From: the human T2T-CHM13v2.0 reference genome, Homo sapiens
NCBI RefSeq assembly: GCF_009914755.1
Contig: NC_060936.1
Reading direction: 5' to 3' (one strand)
Length of the DNA stretch: 64,000 nucleotides
Shown here: piece after piece, positions 55,326 through 64,000 of the stretch
How the letters are laid out: each line of letters opens with the position of its first letter
How positions within the stretch are numbered: position 1 is the first letter of the stretch
The notes under the pieces: model-generated
The model's database searches: none
Seen by the model: only the letters and a program-made list of their open reading frames with translations
What the model was told of the DNA's origin: nothing
Position numbers and translations under genes: made by a program

Positions 55326-56680
55326 ACTAGAGGGGAAAAAGAAAAGTGTCAGTTTTGCTCCAGCCAAGCAGCTGGGCCCTCAGCCAGTGCCTTCCCTCCA
55401 GCTGCCTGATGTAGGATGATCTAAATAAGAAATGTGGGGGTGGGGGTAGTGTCTTCCAGGGACTCCCTTCACTAGCCTCCTGGGTTAAAAAGCACACTGG
55501 GGAATCTCTGCCTTTGGCTGGGGCAGCGCCTCTGGCCAGTTTGGGCAACACCCTCCGCCATCATGACTACCGTCTCTGCTGCCCTGAAGGGGACGCATGT
55601 TTCCAGGTGACAGGTTTGGAGGCTGCCTTAACTCTTTTTTAGGGAGAACGGGTTCTGCTCCAGGTCCCTAAAATGGTTTGGTTGCCGCAAAAGCCCCAGG
55701 CATGGCTGGGAAAGTCCAGATGTGTGTTAGAGGTGAAGTAGAGAGAAGACAAGGGCTTACTTTCTGCATCTACCCAAAACTCCTCAGGGGAGACCCCAGA
55801 AAAGAAAGAGCTCAGGGGCCTGTGGGTGGGTGGGAGTGAATGCTAAAGAGGAGACCTGGAGGCCCAGGGAAAAGGTCATGACCCACTAAATACACAGGCA
55901 AAAGGGGCCCCACAGCCTGGGTCCCCAGGTGAAAGGGCAGGAAACGGGAATGTCTCCCGGGTCTTGACATGTGGTTGTAATGATCACAGACCCCTTAGGC
56001 TCAAAGGGACCTCAGAGGTCATCTCCATCCTCCTGCTTCCTGGTGGGGCTGGATGTAAATTAGTCAAGATGTGCAGGCAGCTCTGTTCTTAAAGGTCCCT
56101 GGAGAAGGAAAACCGGGCTCCTTTTCACTGCATATTAGGCTCAGGATCCTGGTGTTGACTTTTTCCAGATCATCCAGAAAGGTCACAGTTTACAAAGGCT
56201 ACATCCGAAATTGCCCTGTGACTTGGCTGGCTGTCTGGACTCCTGGGCCTTCGGTCAATAGTGCATTGTCATCACAAGTTTCCCACGCAAGAGTTCTTGC
56301 TGTCCAGCTCAATTCCTCTGGCTGCTGTTGAGGGTCTGTGCTCATCTCCATGACATATGCAAAGTGCTTAGAATGGTGCTTGGCACATAGTGAGCACTAC
56401 GTAAGTGTTAGATATTATCATAATTGCTGCTATGGTTGCAGCTTTCAGTGGAGATGGAAATCAGTTACTCATCAGTGTCCTTCTTGAGAGTACCCATTGC
56501 CTATAATGCTGTCCTAAAGGCAGAGAGGGGATTTGAGAATCATACATAGCTAAGGTGTCTCCCCTGACCTACCTCCCCAGCCAGGTTATGCCCCCTTTAT
56601 CCTGTGTGTTCCCAGAACCACATTAGCTGACCTTTTTGAAGGGGCAGTAGTATGGTATAGTCATGGCTAGGGGCTCTGAA

Positions 56681-56812
56681 TAGGGAAGACATAAAATGTA
56701 TTATCCAATCCAGGATGCTTTTGCAAGTGGGGAAAATGGCTACTGTTAATGAGGTATGCCAACAGGCATAAACCAGAATTTTCCCAGGCAAAGTGGGACA
56801 CCCATCACCCTA
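56681..56812. mobile_element. MER81-like hAT-Blackjack element inside a MIR
   Basis: Termini taggg(a)agac ... atcacccta; 8-bp flanks gctctgaa / gctctggg. Confidence 0.72.
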
Positions 56813-56892
56813 GCTCTGGGTTTGAATCAAGTCTCTACGATTGGTTCTTTGGCAGATCCTGAGCAGTGTAGTTTGTGTCTTGAGCTCAGGTT

Positions 56893-57187
56893 TTTCTTTT
56901 CCTTTTGAGATGGGGTCTCACTCTGTCACCCAGGCTGTAGTACAGTGATGTGATCACAGCTCACTGCAGCCTCAACCTCCCTGGGCTCAGGTGATCCTCC
57001 CACCTCAGCCTCCTAAGTAGCTGGAACTATGGGCCCACATCACCACACTGGGCTAATTTTTTTGTATTTTCTAGAGACGAGGTTTTGCCATGCTGCTCAG
57101 GTTGGTCTCAAACTCCTGGGCTCAAGCAATCCTCCTGCCTCAGCCTCCCAAAGTGCTGGGATGAAGGTGGGAGCACCTGCTCCACCA
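56893..57187 (-). mobile_element. AluJ
   Basis: Dimer; TSD ttgagctcaggtt at 56880-56892 and 57188-57200. Confidence 0.92.
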
Positions 57188-57269
57188 TTGAGCTCAGGTT
57201 GCTTATTAGTATAACATACCAAGGTAAAATTTCTACCCCCTAGGACAGAGGATCTCAGCCTTTGAAGTA

Positions 57270-57415
57270 CGTGAGAGTTTATCAAAAAGCAAGATGCTCA
57301 ACTCCACTCCTGGAAACTGGTCCAATGGGTCAGGGGGTGACCTAGGAGTCTGCATTTGGACAATCACCTCAAGGGATTCTGGGAGGGGATCTGCAGGTCA
57401 ACATTTCAGAAACAT
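57270..57415. mobile_element. MER5-like fragment
   Basis: cctaggagtctgcattt...cacctcaagggattctg...acatttcagaaacattg. Confidence 0.55.
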
Positions 57416-58122
57416 TGCCTTTGGGTCACAGTAAAGACCATGAAAATAACTTGAGGGGACACCTGGAAGAGCGCGGACCACATTTCTGGAGTAGAGAGGT
57501 GCAATGTCTTGCCCATATTCACCCGAATCTAGCAGTAGAGCTGATCCCAGCCCAGGTGTGACAATTTGCAGATATGCGGATGACGGACAGCTCCCAGGTC
57601 CAGGCCAGGCACTGCAGAACGTTCTATTCCTGCTGCTCACCTTCCCCCGCCCGCCCGCAAGCTCCACCTGGAGGACCTGGGTGGGGTGGAGCACAGGTTT
57701 GCTGAGAAATCTGGCTGAGAGATCTGACCGTTAAATGGGTTTCATCCTGAAATGACTTTGAGTGAAAACTGAAAGTAAAACTTGAAACCACCCACTTCCC
57801 GCTGCTTCCTTCCCTCGAGCGCTGAGTGCAGCTAAGCCACTCCTGTCTTGTAGGGCTTGCTCCTGCCTCGCCCTTCCCAGACCAAGCCCTGAACCCCACT
57901 GACGGTCGTGCCTGAGCCCCACCCTTGGCACCACCTCAAGGACTCTGTTCCTCCCCTCCCACTGCCCAGGCGGAAGTCAAAACCGTGCGTACTGCAGAGG
58001 AGGCACATCCTTCGAGAACAGCGAACACCCCAGCCTTCTTATCAACCCTGACTCCTATTCATATCCTCACCCTATTTATTAAATAAGAACCAGTTCTTTC
58101 ATTTAAAAAATGGATCAAAGAC

Positions 58123-58435
58123 GGCTGGGCGCAGCGTCTCACATCTGTAATCTCAGCACTTTGGGAGGCCAAGGCGGGAGGATCACCTGAGGTCAGGAGT
58201 TCGAGACCAGCCTGGCCAACGTGGTGAAACCCCGTCTCTACTAAAAATACAAAAAATTAGTCAGGCGTGGTGGCAGGCACCTGTAATCCCAGCTATTCGG
58301 GAGGCTGAGGCAGGAGAATTGCTTGAACTGGCAGGTGGAGGTTGCAGTGAACCGAGATAGCGCCATTGCACTCCAGCCCGGGTGACAGAGCAAGACTCCA
58401 TCTCAAATAATAATAATAAAATAAAATAAATAAAA
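58123..58435 (+). mobile_element. AluSx-like
   Basis: ggatcacctgaggtcaggagttcgagaccagcctggccaac; atcaaagac on both flanks. Confidence 0.94.
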
Positions 58436-59719
58436 AGTTATCAAAGACGTGTAATGACCACAGCCTCCGAGCTGCATATTAAGCATAATGCAATACTGAG
58501 TGGGCATCATTTAAGTCAAAAACACAAAATCATAACATTTAAAATACACATTTTACTGTGAAAGCAAGGTACATGCTCACAGCAAAAACTCAAACAGCAC
58601 AGAAATGGAAGACATAGTTTCAAGAATCTCATCATCCAAAAGCCGCCTCTTTTAATAGTTCAGCATTTTTTAAAATCCTATATTGTAGTGAGTCTGTGCA
58701 GCAGAATTCCTATTGAATGCACACTGTTACCTGAAGCTCTGAGAGGTTAAGTTAACTTGCCCAACATCACTAGGCTAGGACGTGGTAGTGCCACTTGGTG
58801 GTATCGTGAGACAGAGAGAAAAACAAAAAAAACAAAAAAAACGACCTGCTACTAGGGAAAGAGACAGGTGGGATACAACACACTGAGAAGTGGGGGCATT
58901 GCCCAGTCTGTTCACACTTGCCTAGGAGACAGGAATGACCTCGGCAGATGCACACATTAGCCAGGAGCCCAGCCTAATGCGTGGAATTAAATATTGAAAG
59001 CTGAAATGCAGTTTAGGGATCATGGAGTGGCACCTCTTAATTTTATAGAAAGGAAAACTGAGACCCAGAAAACCAGTGCCAAATAGGCCAGTGATCTTCA
59101 AACACTTCCCAAGAAATATGCCAGCCCGGGCAGCTTCAAGGCATCCCTTTCCTGACTTCAGCTTCCACAGTGCTCATTTCTGTCTAGATCTGCCTACTGT
59201 CCCGCCTCACAATTGTTCTCCTCTCACTTTACAGAAAAAAATGCACCTCTCACCCATCCTGCATCTTACTACATCCCGGGTATAAATGGTCTGGGGCCTC
59301 AAACAAGGGAACAAACAAAACCTTGGCATCAGTAAAGAGCAGCCTTCTTTACTTAAGGCTCTTCTTGCCTTACACATATTTATTCTAAGGTCGAAGCTCC
59401 ATGGTGGAAATGGGAGTGTTTTGTCTGCCATGGGATACACTGAATTCAGATACAGTGTAGAGCAGGGGCAAGAATGCTGATAATTTCTATTTAACCACCT
59501 TACTTCTTCTTTCCTCCTGCAAAAGTCAAAAGAGACCTTGCCTCAAGGAGAGACCTGTGAGAGCACAGCAAGCGGCTATCAGTGTGAACTATCAGGTTGT
59601 CACCTGATTTCTTCCAGGAGATAAGCACAGGGCAAGTCCATGCCTTTCCTATCAATCTATCTGAAAATCAGAATTCAGAAAAGAGACGGTTATCCCTAAG
59701 GCATATGTGAATTCTTCTT

Positions 59720-60450
<731 letters not shown>

Positions 60451-61344
60451 GCTTTACCACAGCAAGATATGAGCTGAGGAGCATAAGGCAGCTGGCAGAG
60501 GTATCAAGACCACCATAATGTGTGAGCATTCCTGGGTGCTCCTTGGAAACGCTGGGGGTCCCTAGAGCTACAGGGGATAGGGAATGCCAGTTGATGTTAC
60601 TAGGACACGAAAACAAAGCATGCTCCCTGAAGGCTGAAGAAATGGGGGAGTCTTGGGTTACATGAGGATTTATGAGGACCCTAAACTATCCCTGGAGGAG
60701 ACCCAGCAACTGTGCTTAGTGGTTCCCCTGAAGTTAGTACTTTGCAGTTCAGCCTGCCTAGAAACCCACCACCATCGCTCATCCTTTCTCGGGGCACAGC
60801 TCCAAGCGATAGTGACTCACTTCTCAGTGTACATCTTGTACTCACACTTTCCAAGAGAAAGTGTCCGATGGAGTCACCGTGTCACTGTCTCATGGGGAAG
60901 ACCCCTATGGAACAGAGTGTTTTGCCAAGCCACCTCGAAGGAGTCAGACTACTTTCTGGCTTGGGTGCCAATCCCTTGGTCAGCTTTCTGCAACCTGAGT
61001 GGCAGAACTCATAGCACAGGACATGACCACTGGCTGTGGAAGGTGCTGCCTGTGACAAGTGAGTTGTGGTCCTCAGAGCATCCTAGATCACACTGGCTCA
61101 CGCTCAATTCTGAGAACCAGCTCTTAGTTTCATCTTTCATTAATCCAGGAACTCTGTACATTCACCTTCAAGGGGAATTTCGCTGGCAGTCCCCAGGCTC
61201 AGAGGCTGACTCGTGATGTCTCGATCAGACACAAAAAAAGGTACCTGTTCCACTCGCCTCCCCACACAGTGATTTCATGTGCAAAACCTGTGAGGAGAGT
61301 GTGATGGGAAACTTCATGTTCTGTTTCCAGTTCTGAGCTTTATT

Positions 61345-61530
61345 GTGAAGAAAGCAGATGGATGTGGGTTCAAATTCTGGTTTTATCTCGTCAGCTGTCA
61401 GACCCTGCGCAGTTTACTTAGGCTATCTGAACCTCCATCTCCTCATCTGTATGGGGAGAATGATGTTTACCTTTCTGAATCTTAGGGAGGTTTCAATGAC
61501 TTGTATTTAGCACCCTGCCTGGCAAGTTAA
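61345..61530 (+). mobile_element. MIR
   Basis: gggttcaaattctgg...agtttactta...ctcatctgtatgggg. Confidence 0.7.
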
Positions 61531-62469
61531 TACCAACACTTGTCTGTTGACCCCAACTCCCTCTGCATATGCGTATGCAGAGACACAAACGAATCCACAG
61601 AAAAGATTCTGTTGCTATTTGCCGAAGCTAAAAACCTTGAGAACCTCTATTGCTACTTGTCCTAGAGAGAAGCTCTGGGTCCAAGTGTCAGCCTTGTACT
61701 AAGCAGTGCTGACCCTTGATGGTATCACTCTCATTCTCCAGCCCTCCATGTTCCTCTCTGTAATATTGGACATGGAGTAACATTGAAGGGGAAGTTCCAT
61801 ATTTTTGCAGCCTAGCATCCCAGGATTCAAAGAATCTGATTAATCCAACACGCCTCTTTTAAAGTTGAGAAAACTGGTTATGTAACACCCAGAGTGGAAA
61901 TAGGAAGTGAGAGGGGCAGCATGTAGGAAATGCAAATGATGATAGTGGACCGGGAGTAAGGGAGAGTGCCCCTGAATGGGGTTCAAGGAATGAAGCACTG
62001 ACTGCTTCTCTACCCCTGCAGGGGGGCTGCTGTCTGTCAGCCTTCCTCAGTCCCATGCCTGCCACAAGCACCTGCCCATGCGAGAGGTTCCAGGCGTCTC
62101 TGCCAACCTGACCCCACAGCCAGTGCAGAATGGCCTTCACGCCAGGGAAGCATGACCACAAAGAGGTCAAGTCAGAAAATTATAAGACCCGAATTCTAGA
62201 CACGTTCTGCCATCATAGGTGTGACCCTAAACAGGTCAGCTCCAGTTTCCTCATTTGCAAAACAAGGATGGCAAAGCATCCACTGCCCCGCACCAGGCTG
62301 TTGTGCAGAGGAAGTGGGCTAAGAAGGAAGATATCTCCTTGTAAACTTCCATGCCCTACACAAAGGTTATTGTTCCTTGCTGACATTGTCTTCCCAATTT
62401 GTTTCTGAGCTTCTTCAAGACAGGGAGCTGAAATCTTATATGTCTCATAACTAATTAGCTTCTACTCAG

Positions 62470-62645
62470 CGAATCTTTATTAAGCTCCAGGCATTGTGCT
62501 CAGCTTTTTATATATTATTTTCTCATTTAATTTTCACTTACAACATTATGGGACGATTATCTTCATTTTCTAGATGAGGAACTAAAATCAGAACTTCTAT
62601 CACTGGCCCAAACACGAGTAGTTAGTAAATGGCTGAGCCAGGACT
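62470..62645 (-). mobile_element. MIR
   Basis: ccaggcattgtgctc...ctcatttaat...cattttctagatgaggaact. Confidence 0.7.
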
Positions 62646-62812
62646 TTTTGTAACTTGATTTTCATAATTTTATTGGTTCAAAATTCATGTACAAAAGTTT
62701 ATACAATGAAAAACCTCTCTCCCATCCCTTTCCCCCAGCACGGCCACCTTACCTCAAGGCTACCAGGATACATCAGACGTATCACTCCAAAAATTATTCT
62801 TTACATATACAT

Positions 62813-62954
62813 TCTTTCTTTTTCTTTTTGTACAGAAGGGGTCTCACTCTGTCATGATCATAGCTCACTGCAGCCTCAAGCTCCTGGACTCAAGCAATCC
62901 TCCCACCTCAGCCTCCCAAGCTGCTGGGACTAAGGCACACACCACCTTGCCCAG
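62813..62954 (-). mobile_element. AluJ/FRAM-like monomer fragment inside an L1ME-like 3' remnant
   Basis: gggtctcactctgtc...gctcactgcagcctc...ctcaagcaatcctcccacctcagcctccc. Confidence 0.82.
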
Positions 62955-64000
62955 ATCTGCATATACATACTAATATGTATAAATATTTTTTGTATACCCT
63001 TTTACCCCAAATGGTAACATATTATTGTTTTGCACTTTGCTTTTATACTTCATAAATCATTTGAAGTCTGTTTCCCTCTCTTTCTCTACATGTGCAAGAC
63101 TTTGAAACTGGATTTTTAAAGTCCTGTGCTTTTATCAGAGCCCATCGCTGGATGACAGCCTTTAGTTAAGGTGGGTGAAGCTGGGGCCAGGGGATGTTAA
63201 TGCTAGAAGAAGACTTAGAGATCATGGGATCAGCCTCTTCCACTGCAGGTGAACACACGGATGCCTACAGAAGGGAGGTGATCTCATTAAACTACTGCTG
63301 CCAGCACTACCCCCAAGAATAGTTGGGTGAGCCCACAGACGGTGGCAGATCTTGGCAGCCAGCCCAGAGTGCCTCAGCCCAGTGCCCTGGGCCACAGCCT
63401 ATTAGGGAGAACCCCAGGCCTGGCTTCAGTTCCTCTTAACAGAGAGAAATCTGGGTGTGTGCCCTTGGCCCATAGAGACCAAGTTCATGTTGAGAGGCAC
63501 CTGAGCCTCGGCTCCAGCTTCTCCCCTGGCCTCCCATTTGTGAAGGTAAAGTTCCCATAAAGCCAGTCCAGGGAGAGCAAAAGAGAGCCTCAGAGAACTG
63601 GGGGCTAGTGAGCGAGACTCCGCAGTAGACCCAGGGGTCCACTCCCTTCTCTGGATCTTGATCCTCCAAATTTCCCCCATTTACATGGTAAAAAATTCAT
63701 AGTTATACTTGAAAGGAGCTTCCATAGCATGAAATTCAAAGAAGATTTAAAGTAACCTTTCTTTCTGAAATAGAACTACATTTAGAGAGAACATCCTATA
63801 TAGATTTAACCTTGAGGCTGGAAGATTGAAGGACAGGATTTCCTCTTGGGAAGCCCTGAAGGAGTTCAGGATCTGAGGGATAGATGAGACACCATTTTTC
63901 CAGGATGGTTTAGGGACCATTTTGCTTGAAGATCAGAGATGGCCCGAAACTCAGTGGTTTCGAGACTTTTGCCATTTGGTAGATCAGCAAAACTCGACAC

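Noticed and set aside
60653-61216. 187-aa ORF in apparently unique sequence
   Set aside because: No recognisable domain, TTG start in the track, composition like non-coding DNA; a BLASTp or PhyloCSF hit would be needed.

Overview
Primate (almost certainly human) intergenic DNA. I can support no intact protein-coding gene, RNA gene or CpG island, and found no prokaryotic or CRISPR-type system. Much of the window is interspersed repeat: about 30 Alu copies or fragments, nested old L1M elements (8.0-18.9 kb on +, 40-47 kb on -), a 0.9-kb L1PA 3' end, many MIR/L2/L3 relics, an MLT1 LTR and DNA-transposon fossils (Charlie transposase remnant, Tigger4-, MER1-, MER5- and MER81-like). There are two processed pseudogenes: a full-length HSPA8 (HSC70) retrocopy at 12061-14450 (+) and an RPL18 retrocopy at about 24173-24934 (-). 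The most unusual structures are: (1) a G-rich 27/28-bp minisatellite (about 12 units, 34551-34880) inside one copy of a local ~200-bp duplication whose other copy still holds a single unit; (2) an out-of-order 147-bp internal duplication in the HSPA8 retrocopy with a 90-bp identical core sharing derived mutations, which suggests gene conversion; (3) an open 237-aa HSC70 substrate-binding-domain/EEVD frame in that retrocopy; (4) a consensus CTCF site next to CCAAT boxes in unique DNA. From memory only, the HSPA8P + RPL18P pair fits 12p13.32 between PARP11 and CCND2; this is unverified. Repeat subfamily names were assigned by eye, and boundaries of old repeats are approximate.
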